A stretch of DNA of 64,000 bases from a virus. How positions within the stretch are numbered: position 1 is the first letter of the stretch; each line of letters opens with the position of its first letter. The stretch lies in IMG/VR virus record IMGVR_UViG_3300020166_000010, one strand, 5' to 3'. Below the pieces are notes generated by a model. It had not been told where the DNA came from, made no database searches, and saw only the letters and a program-made list of their open reading frames with translations. A program made the translations under genes and the position numbers. Shown here piece after piece: positions 1 through 8,262 of this stretch.

Positions 1-753
1 TACTTTTGCACCGGCTTCATCCATTAAATCGATTGCTTTGTCTGGTAATTCTCTAGAAGTAACATATCTATCAGAAAGTTCAACACATGCTTTTAGTGCC
101 TCATCTGTATATTCTACCGCGTGATAGTCTTCGTAATTACCTTTAATTCTATTTAAGATCTCGATAGAATCACTAATTGAAGGTGGATCAATAAAAACTT
201 CTTGGAATCTTCTAGTAAGTGCTCCATCAGTTTCTATATTTTCTCTATATTCATCGAGAGTTGTTGCCCCAATACATTGTACCTGTCCTCTCGCAAGGGC
301 TGGTTTTAAAATGTTACTAGCATCTAAAGAACCGCTAACTCCACCAGCTCCTACCATTGTGTGAATTTCATCAACAAAGATTATAATATCTGGATTAGCC
401 TTTAGCTCATCAACAATCTTCTTCATTCTCTCTTCGAATTCTCCACGATATTTAGTACCTGCAACAATCGTCGACATATTTAAAGAGATTACTCTTTTAC
501 CTGTAAGAGTCATTGCTACTTTTTTATCAACAATTCTTTGCGCTATAGCCTCAACCAATGCAGTTTTACCAACACCAGGATCTCCTAATATAATTGGATT
601 GTTCTTCTTTCTCCTAGAAAGGATTTGACAAATTCTATAAACTTCTTTGTCTCTTCCTATAATAGGATCTAATTTACCCTCAGAGGCTGCAGCTGTTAAG
701 TCTTCTCCGAATTGATCTATTAACGGTGTTTTTGCTTGTTTCTTATTTGCCAT
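1..753 (-). CDS. Clp/Hsp100 AAA+ ATPase (ClpB/ClpC-like), N-terminal part; runs off window start
   Basis: Manual translation from ATG at 753: [28 protein letters not shown] (Walker A), [19 protein letters not shown] (Walker B), [20 protein letters not shown]; not in ORF track. Confidence 0.95.
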   Translation of the reverse strand, partial: MANKKQAKTPLIDQFGEDLTAAASEGKLDPIIGRDKEVYRICQILSRRKKNNPIILGDPGVGKTALVEAIAQRIVDKKVAMTLTGKRVISLNMSTIVAGTKYRGEFEERMKKIVDELKANPDIIIFVDEIHTMVGAGGVSGSLDASNILKPALARGQVQCIGATTLDEYRENIETDGALTRRFQEVFIDPPSISDSIEILNRIKGNYEDYHAVEYTDEALKACVELSDRYVTSRELPDKAIDLMDEAGAKV

Positions 754-777
754 GTTCTTAATTAGTATTTATAGTTA

Positions 778-804
778 TTATAACGAATAAACGGGATTTG
801 TTTA
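778..804 (-). promoter_or_regulatory. class II promoter TAAAC-N17-TATAA (clp)
   Basis: Matches recurring motif with exact 17-nt spacer. Confidence 0.7.
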
Positions 805-814
805 TTTATTAATG

Positions 815-848
815 AAAAAAAAAGAGCCAGTGGTTAACTAGCTCTTTT
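815..848 (-). terminator. Rho-independent terminator
   Basis: - strand GAGCTAGT-TAACC-ACTGGCTC hairpin followed by T9. Confidence 0.8.
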
Positions 849-906
849 GTAAAAATCTATGTGGTTAAATGAATCTAACACAGCACGGTTAAATATCGTT
901 CTGCTT

Positions 907-915
907 TATATATCT
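907..915 (-). promoter_or_regulatory. class III (late-like) motif AGATATATA
   Basis: Recurring intergenic motif. Confidence 0.55.
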
Positions 916-932
916 ATTTTTTCATGAGCAAT

Positions 933-1148
933 TTAAAGATTTACAGATCGCATAGTACATTGGGAGCAAACTACAGCTGAGGTATTTTCAGTTACTTCCG
1001 TCCATTCTTTACATTGAGTCTCACCATCGTTCGGCGCCCATTGTGGATATCTACTTTCGTCTAAGTCGGAATTCATACAAATCATCATGATCTTTTTGTC
1101 AGTCTTTTTAGTTTTCCAAACTTTGGTCATCTTTTTCTTCTTGGTCAT
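933..1148 (-). CDS. hypothetical Cys-containing small protein
   Basis: ORF directly downstream of GAAAC-N17-TATAA promoter; CxxC near C-terminus. Confidence 0.65.
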   Translation of the reverse strand: MTKKKKMTKVWKTKKTDKKIMMICMNSDLDESRYPQWAPNDGETQCKEWTEVTENTSAVVCSQCTMRSVNL

Positions 1149-1168
1149 AATATATTATTATTTGATTA

Positions 1169-1195
1169 TTATACTTAAATATTACCTTTTGTTTC
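1169..1195 (-). promoter_or_regulatory. class II promoter GAAAC-N17-TATAA
   Basis: Exact motif match. Confidence 0.7.
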
Positions 1196-1896
1196 TATTT
1201 TATTATTCTTTAATTCTTAGAGTTGTTAGAGTTACTCATAGGATTCTTTGAGGGAATTAAAAATTTTTATTTTTGCAGCTTCTCATTTATTCCACCTCCA
1301 CCCTCTTTATTATTTTACTTAAAGTAGTTTAAACGTTATTCAAAGTCTGGGAAAATAATTTTCAGCAACATTCAAAAACTAAAAAAACCCAAAAACCCAA
1401 ATCAATACCAACATTATATCGTAGGTTCCCGCACACCGGATAGGATCCCTAGAAGGACCCGGAGCCTGGGAAGTACCCTCGGAGAAAATATCAGGGGGTG
1501 TTCCACCCAACCTCTCGCTCCACACATGGGAACCGCAGGGGACCGACCCCACTAGTGCACACATCACTCTGAGTTACTCATTTAAAAGTTGGCGCAGAGT
1601 ACAAGTGAGAATTGGGTTTTTCCCTTTTTTTCCTCGATGCCTCTTACCCTCTTAGTCCTTATAGAATACTATAGAATATTTCTTTTATATCTTATAGGTT
1701 CTCTATCCTAATAGACAAGTAGACGGCGCCAACCTGCCACTTGCGGGTGCTTTCTTTTTGGGTTATTTGAGGGGTACCCTTAAAGGGGACTGTGAGTGCT
1801 TGGAGTCATGTGAGAGGTTGCAACCCTCTGATTGTAGTGAGTGGTTTGAGTTGGCCCTCTCCCTCCCTATTCAACCTTCAAGCTTAAAGACATAAG

Positions 1897-1924
1897 TTAT
1901 ATTCACAGGTACCAGATTTGTTTC
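1897..1924 (-). promoter_or_regulatory. class II-like promoter GAAAC-N18-TATAA, no substantial ORF downstream
   Basis: Motif match with 18-nt spacer. Confidence 0.45.
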
Positions 1925-2251
1925 ATAATTTGTAAACTTTTTTTATTAACAGTCCTCTGAGGTACTGAGAAGAGGGCGCCCCGCCCGACGGGGTCTAGGG
2001 GGTCACTCCCACCCCGGGGATATTTGGGGGGCTGGAGCACTTTCCTGTTTATATTATTGAGTGTAGGGGGATGGGATCCTTAGAGGGTACCTCTGAGATC
2101 TCAAAGAGTACTCCCCATTGGTCTGGAAGGGTCCTTTTCCCGGGAGACCAGATGGTGCCCATTGGGTAAAGTGTTTTTTGATATATGTTTATTATTAATA
2201 GTAGTCATAGCCCCTGACCCCCAGCCCTCGGAGCCATGGTAAATTCAGGTT

Positions 2252-2701
2252 TTACCTGCGGAACTTGGGTATTTGCGGCTTTGGTACCTTGGGTGTTGGA
2301 CTCCCTCCAAGCTTGGGTACTTGCGGCGCGGGTGGATTGGGTTTGGGTCTCTGAGCCTTTGGGGAGCCTGGAGCGCCTGGGCTCTCGGGTTGCCCCTTGC
2401 CTGGTTGGCCGTCAGGGTTCATAGTACTCTGCATCTTGTCGCTTGCCTTACCCATGGCATAGTTCCACGCTTTGTCTTTAGCCCACTCTTTTCCGCGACT
2501 CCACTTATCTCCTACCCAGTCAGAAAATCCGCGCTGGTCAGCTTCCCCAGCTGGGGGCTTAGGAGGTGGTACAGCTGCTGCCTTGGGCCTGTCTATCGAG
2601 GGCTTCCCTAGGGAGCTCTTTTGATTGGCCTGAGTGTTAACCCCCTGGGTGTTACTCTGTACCTGTAGGTTTAATTTAGCTTGTGGGCTCTGGTTGATCA
2701 T
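2252..2701 (-). CDS. Pro/Gln/Lys-rich hypothetical protein
   Basis: 149-aa ORF; amphipathic W-rich core (FSDWVGDKWSRGKEWAKDKAW) between Pro-rich flanks. Confidence 0.55.
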   Translation of the reverse strand: MINQSPQAKLNLQVQSNTQGVNTQANQKSSLGKPSIDRPKAAAVPPPKPPAGEADQRGFSDWVGDKWSRGKEWAKDKAWNYAMGKASDKMQSTMNPDGQPGKGQPESPGAPGSPKAQRPKPNPPAPQVPKLGGSPTPKVPKPQIPKFRR

Positions 2702-2816
2702 AGGTTAGCTGGTCTAGTTGTTGATTTAACTTAGGTATACTCTTGTCGTAGGGGTTAGATAGCTTAAGTGCTATAATGCGATTTCTTAACTCTACTATCT
2801 GGTCTTGCTTGTTCAT
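2676..2816 (-). CDS. small hypothetical protein (46 aa)
   Basis: Manual translation MNKQDQIVELRNRIIALKLSNPYDKSIPKLNQQLDQLTYDQPEPTS; A-rich leader. Confidence 0.5.
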   Translation of the reverse strand: MNKQDQIVELRNRIIALKLSNPYDKSIPKLNQQLDQLTYDQPEPTS

Positions 2817-2941
2817 ACTCTATTTGGTTTTAATTAAGTTTCTTTATATGGCGCCCTCGGAGTGTTCACTCTGGGAACATTATCTAGGGGTCACCTATTA
2901 GTTACTATAGGTTATATATAAGTGACCCACCAGGGTGACCC

Positions 2942-3400
2942 TTATAGGGCCTCTACCTCAACTGGCTGGTTCATAACAAAAGCTTTACTTGCCCAGGTTT
3001 TACTATTAACTGCCTTATACTGGTCACTATTATATAGGTTCGTGTTATACCATAATCCGTTAATAGTTCCAACTTCTAAGCCAGCCATTATAGCTTCATC
3101 CATTAGGAGGATCTTATTTCCTTTTTTCGCGAACACTGTAAAGTAATTATCAGATCCGAATGGCTTATACTCTACTGTATGTAAGGCTCCTTTCTTATAT
3201 GCGTTTAATACTATTGAAGGATTATCATATAATCTCTGATCGTCAAAATCTCTAGCATCGTTACAGGTCATATAACCAGCTCTACACTTTGTTATAAAAC
3301 GGAATTTACCCGGTTGGGCTTCGTAGTAGTCGTTCTTAATAATGTTGATAGCCTGGATTCCAGTAACGTTGATAATGTCTTTGTTTTTTAATTCGTGCAT
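2942..3400 (-). CDS. early hypothetical protein
   Basis: 152-aa ORF behind early promoter cassette. Confidence 0.8.
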   Translation of the reverse strand: MHELKNKDIINVTGIQAINIIKNDYYEAQPGKFRFITKCRAGYMTCNDARDFDDQRLYDNPSIVLNAYKKGALHTVEYKPFGSDNYFTVFAKKGNKILLMDEAIMAGLEVGTINGLWYNTNLYNSDQYKAVNSKTWASKAFVMNQPVEVEAL

Positions 3401-3423
3401 GGTGTGGTGTTTAAGTGTTAGTA

Positions 3424-3517
3424 TTAATTATATAGTAAATATAACACTTATATTTGATATAAAAAAACTTTTGTGCATTTATTTTTAGTTGAGGTCCTAT
3501 TTATAATGATTATAAAT
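3424..3517 (-). promoter_or_regulatory. early promoter cassette (leftward) with ATTTATAATnATTATAAAT palindrome
   Basis: Near-identical to cassette at 13411-13507. Confidence 0.8.
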
Positions 3518-3590
3518 TAGGAAAGTTTTCACCCTAGATTTTTTTATATGAAACTAATTGCTTATATTTACTATATAATAATTAAAACAA
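3499..3590 (+). promoter_or_regulatory. early promoter cassette (rightward), shares palindrome 3499-3517
   Basis: Palindrome + AAAGTTTTCACCCTAGATTTTTTTATAT + TATATTTACTATA. Confidence 0.8.
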
Positions 3591-3597
3591 CTACTAC

Positions 3598-3951
3598 ATG
3601 AATATCAAAATCACCGCAGACGAAGAAAGAGTTATCAAATATGCACTCGCAGACTATACTAATAACTTAGTTGGTAAGGGAATTCTATATAATACCGCTG
3701 TTGGTATCTTAAATAAGATTAACGATGCTGGTATTGTGAAGGCAGCGAGAACACCTAAGGTGCTGGTTCAGAAGCAATATATGTTCTCATTCGAGAATGG
3801 CGGATGGAACACAGTGTGGGCTAAAACACTACCTGGTGCTAAGCGTCAAGCCTTATTAGAGTATAAGGATTCTGACTTAAATGTTCGATTAGATAGTGTT
3901 CACTTAGCTACTAAGAAAGGATTAGATTCGGCAATGTCCTTATTCTACTAG
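3598..3951 (+). CDS. early hypothetical protein
   Basis: 117-aa ORF behind early promoter. Confidence 0.8.
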   Translation: MNIKITADEERVIKYALADYTNNLVGKGILYNTAVGILNKINDAGIVKAARTPKVLVQKQYMFSFENGGWNTVWAKTLPGAKRQALLEYKDSDLNVRLDSVHLATKKGLDSAMSLFY

Positions 3952-3960
3952 GGAACCCTT

Positions 3961-4045
3961 ATTTATAATCATTATAAATTAAGAAAGTTTTCACCCTAGA
4001 TTTTTTTATATCAATAATTAGTGTTATATTTAACTATAATTAAAA
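3961..4045 (+). promoter_or_regulatory. early promoter cassette with palindrome 3961-3979
   Basis: Repeat of cassette. Confidence 0.8.
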
Positions 4046-4056
4046 ACGTAATCGTT

Positions 4057-4269
4057 ATGACAAATTTCAAAAACTTATCAATTTACATCTTAGTGATTTT
4101 AGCTGGTGTAGCTATTGCTGCCTTTATTATCCCAGCTGGTATCAAACTATTTTTTAGTGGTTTACTATGGATGATGAATAATCCTGCAACAGGGTTGGTA
4201 ATCTCTATTACATTCTTAATCGGATGTTTTGTTGGTAATTTTGAAACAAAGTCTAATAAATCAGTATAA
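4057..4269 (+). CDS. small two-TM membrane protein (start revised to ATG 4057)
   Basis: Two hydrophobic segments; the GTG at 4021 lies inside the promoter. Confidence 0.75.
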   Translation: MTNFKNLSIYILVILAGVAIAAFIIPAGIKLFFSGLLWMMNNPATGLVISITFLIGCFVGNFETKSNKSV

Positions 4270-4289
4270 TAATAAATCAAACGAACATT

Positions 4290-5426
4290 ATGAGCATTCA
4301 AACTTTATCACAAACCGCGGTAGCAACAAGTAAACAAGAGAGCATCAACGCTCAATCTTTACGCCGCACCCTTCCTTTCCGAGACATTACAATGATCGAC
4401 GAGACAACCATCGAGTATAAAGGAACTCGTATCCCAATTACCAAGCAAGCTTTTAAATCCTTACTATCTCTAGTAGGTATGAGCCAGTCGTTCGCAGACA
4501 AATTCTCTAAGCTGTTTAACAAAGAGACTAAAGCGCAATTCATTAATACTATGAAAAACGCAATGGCATCTAACGCAGGTAAACTTAGCAACGTTACATT
4601 GGTTCTAAATCCAATTTCGAAAGCTGTGATCTTATTTACTAAAGAAGACAAGCTGCAAATCTCAAACGATCAAATGATCCAAGTTGCAGAGAACATGATC
4701 TCAGATAGTTCAATGGGAGTATCTAGATGGACTACGGATCCAACAACAGGTATTATCACAATCGACGCTCATAACCCTAAGGCTGAGTTTGAGATCTTAG
4801 GATTAAGTGATGAGGTCTTTACTGGAGGAGTTACATTCCGTAATAGTCCACTAAGAGGATTTGAAGTTATGCCATACGTAAATCGCCAATGGTGTACTAA
4901 TGGTCTAACAACAGCTATGGCACAAGAAGCATACCAACTACATTCTTTAGATAATAAGAGTATGGAAAGCTTTTTCGAAAACATGCAAGGTTTAAGACGT
5001 AATAACTACGCTCCTGAAGGATTTGCTGATCGAGTTCGCCAAGCTAACAACACACCTGCTTCGCTACATGAAATGTCTTTTGCACATAACTTAATTTCTA
5101 AGCATGCTGGTGAAAGAGCAGAACAATGGGTACCTCTACAAGAGAACCTCAACGAATATAATAAAGCCGGATTTGATAAATTAACTAACGATCAAATGAA
5201 GATGGCTAAAACTAACCAATCGCTTTGGTCAGTAATTAATGGAGTTACACACTTTAGTAGTCATGGTAAAGGTATCATCGACACTAACATGCAACCTCAT
5301 AATGAAGCTGATATCCAAACACGTATTGGAAACCTATTAGGCAAAAAGAGTTTTGATCACGAAAACACTATGCCAAACCCTTTTAGTAAGGAACAGCTTC
5401 AACAGACTGGAGCTCTTCTGAACTAA
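4290..5426 (+). CDS. DUF932-like protein
   Basis: 378 aa; FRNS...PYVNRQWCTNGL resembles the R-x-(V/W)-C-x-N-G motif of DUF932; SLWSVINGVT C-terminal motif. Confidence 0.6.
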   Translation: MSIQTLSQTAVATSKQESINAQSLRRTLPFRDITMIDETTIEYKGTRIPITKQAFKSLLSLVGMSQSFADKFSKLFNKETKAQFINTMKNAMASNAGKLSNVTLVLNPISKAVILFTKEDKLQISNDQMIQVAENMISDSSMGVSRWTTDPTTGIITIDAHNPKAEFEILGLSDEVFTGGVTFRNSPLRGFEVMPYVNRQWCTNGLTTAMAQEAYQLHSLDNKSMESFFENMQGLRRNNYAPEGFADRVRQANNTPASLHEMSFAHNLISKHAGERAEQWVPLQENLNEYNKAGFDKLTNDQMKMAKTNQSLWSVINGVTHFSSHGKGIIDTNMQPHNEADIQTRIGNLLGKKSFDHENTMPNPFSKEQLQQTGALLN

Positions 5427-5454
5427 TGTTTAGTTTGATTTTAATTATTATTAC

Positions 5455-5485
5455 AAAAGGCAGGCGTTGTTTCCTGCCTTTTTTT
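5455..5485 (+). terminator. Rho-independent terminator
   Basis: AAAAGGCAGG-CGTTGTTT-CCTGCCTTTTTTT. Confidence 0.85.
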
Positions 5486-5509
5486 ATACACCTCGGTCAG
5501 GGGGCCCTT

Positions 5510-5595
5510 ATTTATAATGATTATAAATTACAAAAGTTTTCACCCTAGATTTTTTTATATCAATAAAAAGTGTTATATTTAATTATAATTAAAAA
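5510..5595 (+). promoter_or_regulatory. early promoter cassette with palindrome 5510-5528
   Basis: Repeat of cassette. Confidence 0.8.
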
Positions 5596-5605
5596 ACAAA
5601 CAAAC

Positions 5606-5890
5606 ATGACTTATTCAAAAATCGTTTCCGCTATCAACAATGCTAACCTTTCAGTAGAAGAACTTTCTAAGCTGAATTCTTTCGTGGTTGATACTATTAA
5701 ATTAAAACGCAAAATGAACGGCGCTGTTATTAAGCAATCTCTATCTAGAGGTTCAATGGTAATGGTTGATCACCCTGCACACAAGAACTCTACGTTCGAG
5801 GTATTAGAAGTTCGTAGAACTAAAGCAACTATCAAAGATAGTCAAGGTCGCAGAATGAATGCACCTCTATCTATGTTGATCCCAATGTAA
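5606..5890 (+). CDS. early hypothetical protein with SH3/KOW-like C-terminus (start revised to 5606)
   Basis: GSMVMVDH...FEVLEVRRTKATI beta-barrel pattern. Confidence 0.75.
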   Translation: MTYSKIVSAINNANLSVEELSKLNSFVVDTIKLKRKMNGAVIKQSLSRGSMVMVDHPAHKNSTFEVLEVRRTKATIKDSQGRRMNAPLSMLIPM

Positions 5891-5910
5891 ATTGTCAACA
5901 ACCCGATTGC

Positions 5911-5984
5911 GGACTTATAGCTCAGCTGGTTAGAGCAGCGCACTCATAATGCGAAGGTCACAGGTTCGAACCCTGTTAGGTCCA
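5911..5984 (+). tRNA. tRNA with CAT anticodon (probably Ile2/lysidine type, otherwise Met)
   Basis: GGACTTA/TAGGTCC acceptor, TAGCTCAG D arm, CT-CAT-AA loop, GGTTCGAACC T arm. Confidence 0.9.
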
Positions 5985-5990
5985 CCCAGA

Positions 5991-6070
5991 ATTGTTAATA
6001 ACTTTTGAAAATAAGTTCACTAAAGTTTTCATATCCCACTAAAAAGGTTTATATTTACATATAACATTAA
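5991..6070 (+). promoter_or_regulatory. early promoter variant with TGTTAATAA upstream box
   Basis: TATATTTACATATAA core; same upstream box as 12873 and 59549 cassettes. Confidence 0.7.
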
Positions 6071-6081
6071 AACACCACGTA

Positions 6082-7167
6082 ATGAATCACTACACTATTA
6101 AGAAAACCAAAAACACATATACCCTAACTGAGGTACAATCAGGAACAACTCTAAACATTGGATCCACACATCCTAAATTTAACTATGTCGCTAAAGAAGA
6201 TTCTAAAGGATCTCGTATTATTAATATCAATGGCGACAAGTTCACCTCATCTAAAGATTATAGAGGTCACTATAAGAAGTCTACCCAAGCTCAAAAGCCA
6301 GCTAAGCCTCTTAATATTACCCTAACCAAGTTAGATGATTTAAATATTAATGCCAACTTATTCGTACCTATAGAGACCAATACAGTCTTTGACAAATTCG
6401 CATCTACTGCAGGTGGTATTATGCCAGGTACAAACATCATGGCGGCCGGAGCCCCAGGTGTTGGTAAAACTACGGTCCTATTAGATCTATTAAGTACTGC
6501 ACATAAGAGTGGTAAGAAGGTCCTATTCATCTCAGCTGAAATGTCTCAGATAGATATGGCCCGCTACTTACAACGCTTTCCTCACTGGGGTCAGTTGCCG
6601 ATCTTATTCCTAGCAGACTATGTGGATGAATGTCCAAAGACTGTAATCGAACAAGTCTTAAATGGAGGTTGGGATTTGGTCCTAACTGATAGCTACACTG
6701 AAGTTAACGACACCGTAAAAGAAGCTTGTAACCTAACCCGTGGTAAAGTTGAGAAATGGTTCCTAGACCTAATGATCTCAAATAACAAAGGTGTTAACAA
6801 GCCCGGAATCTACACAACCTTTATTACCATCTTGCAATTATCTAAAGGAGGTCAATTCGTCGGATCTAACAAACTAAAACACATGACCACGAGCATGATG
6901 AGCTTGGACTGGGAAGGTGGAGAAAACGCAGGTCGTAGATACATGGAATTCTCTAAAAACCGAGTAGGTGCAGTAAACAAAAAACTTTACTTTTCTTTAG
7001 AAGGCGGAGTAAGCTTTGACGAAGCCCGATACGCTAGGGATCTATTTAACGACGAGTTGGTATCTACAGAACGCAAGCAATTAGCGACGGAAGCAGATGC
7101 CTTCGACAAGTTATTCGGATTCAGTGAAGTAGATGCCGAAGACTTAGAAGCTCATATCGAAATATAA
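6082..7167 (+). CDS. RadA/Sms-like (RecA-fold) ATPase lacking Zn finger and Lon-like domain
   Basis: GGIMPG...GAPGVGKT Walker A, VLFISAEMS, LVLTDS, KGGQFVGSNKLKH, FSKNRVG. Confidence 0.8.
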   Translation: MNHYTIKKTKNTYTLTEVQSGTTLNIGSTHPKFNYVAKEDSKGSRIININGDKFTSSKDYRGHYKKSTQAQKPAKPLNITLTKLDDLNINANLFVPIETNTVFDKFASTAGGIMPGTNIMAAGAPGVGKTTVLLDLLSTAHKSGKKVLFISAEMSQIDMARYLQRFPHWGQLPILFLADYVDECPKTVIEQVLNGGWDLVLTDSYTEVNDTVKEACNLTRGKVEKWFLDLMISNNKGVNKPGIYTTFITILQLSKGGQFVGSNKLKHMTTSMMSLDWEGGENAGRRYMEFSKNRVGAVNKKLYFSLEGGVSFDEARYARDLFNDELVSTERKQLATEADAFDKLFGFSEVDAEDLEAHIEI

Positions 7168-7193
7168 GGGTCCTATTAGGATTCCTAAGCCTT

Positions 7194-7222
7194 CCTCCCG
7201 GTTATGTGGTGTTTCCGGGAGG
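7194..7222 (+). other. GC-rich 3' UTR hairpin whose loop is antisense to the radA-like leader
   Basis: CCTCCCGG-TTATGTGGTGTTT-CCGGGAGG. Confidence 0.8.
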
Positions 7223-7783
7223 TTTGGTGTATTTGGAGCATTGGGGCACCTGTATATCCTCGGACCGGTCATGGTAAAAAACGCTCCTCCGGTGTGAGCC
7301 AATTGGCGTTGGGGTTTAAGGTTCCTACAGGGACTTTACTTGGATGCTATATTTAGGGATTACTTGGGAATACCCTTGGATGGCTAGGAGAATCCTTACA
7401 AGCCTATCTAGCTTTCTTATATCTCTATTAGGTTATTATAGGAGGATGGAGTTTTAAGATCTTATATACCTATACCTATATCTCTATTACTAGGATCCGT
7501 ATTACTTGGATAGTTGTTTGCCTTATCTTGCTTGTCTCTTCTTAGATCTCTTATATCTTTCTTTCTTTTCTTATTCTTCTTGTTGGGATTCTTATTCTTA
7601 TCTCTTCTTTGTTATCTATTATGATTGATTCTTTTGGTCACGTGCGAGGGTCCATTTTACAAGAATCTTTGCACGCTCGGGTGGTTTGTAGTGTGGTCGG
7701 TCAAAAGGATTGATATTCTACAGGTTTTTAGGATCGGGTTCTTAAGGAGTGAGCCTATATATACCTCTTCTTTTTGTCACCTT

Positions 7784-7872
7784 ATTTGGAATGATTATAA
7801 ATTACAAAAGTTTTCACCCTAGATTTTTTTATATCAATAATTAGTGTTATATTTACTATATAATAATTAAAA
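7784..7872 (+). promoter_or_regulatory. early promoter cassette with degenerate palindrome 7784-7802
   Basis: ATTTGGAATGATTATAAAT + cassette. Confidence 0.8.
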
Positions 7873-7883
7873 CAACTACACTC

Positions 7884-8261
7884 ATGCCTTACATTACTAA
7901 AGATCAAGTTTCTCAAAAAAGAAAAGAATTAAAAGCTGCCTTACCTGACTATAAGCTATCTATTACTACTGAACATTATTCTGGTATTAAGGTTGCTATC
8001 ATGGCAGGTCCTACTGATTTTGGAACTGAATACTCTCAACTAAATCCTCATCATGATTATCGAGGAGAAACTTGGAACCGCTATACTGAAGAATACGATT
8101 CTAACCCTCCTATCCAAGATGTTCTAGATATTATTATGCCTATTCTAAATGAAGGCAAAGGAGAGGGTCATGAAGATGGAGATTACGGTATGATTCCTGA
8201 TTATTATACTTGGGTTCATATTGGTAAATGGGATAAAGCTTATGAAATTAAAACTAAATAA
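7884..8261 (+). CDS. LPD29-like early protein
   Basis: ELKAALPDYKLSITTEHYSGIKVAI and C-terminal D-rich/YY-x-V-x-IGKW pattern. Confidence 0.55.
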   Translation: MPYITKDQVSQKRKELKAALPDYKLSITTEHYSGIKVAIMAGPTDFGTEYSQLNPHHDYRGETWNRYTEEYDSNPPIQDVLDIIMPILNEGKGEGHEDGDYGMIPDYYTWVHIGKWDKAYEIKTK

Positions 8262-8262
8262 T

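Noticed and set aside
1440-2860. Many 6-bp palindromes (GGTACC, GGATCC, GGCGCC etc.)
   Set aside because: My rough count is close to the chance expectation of about 1 per 64 nt
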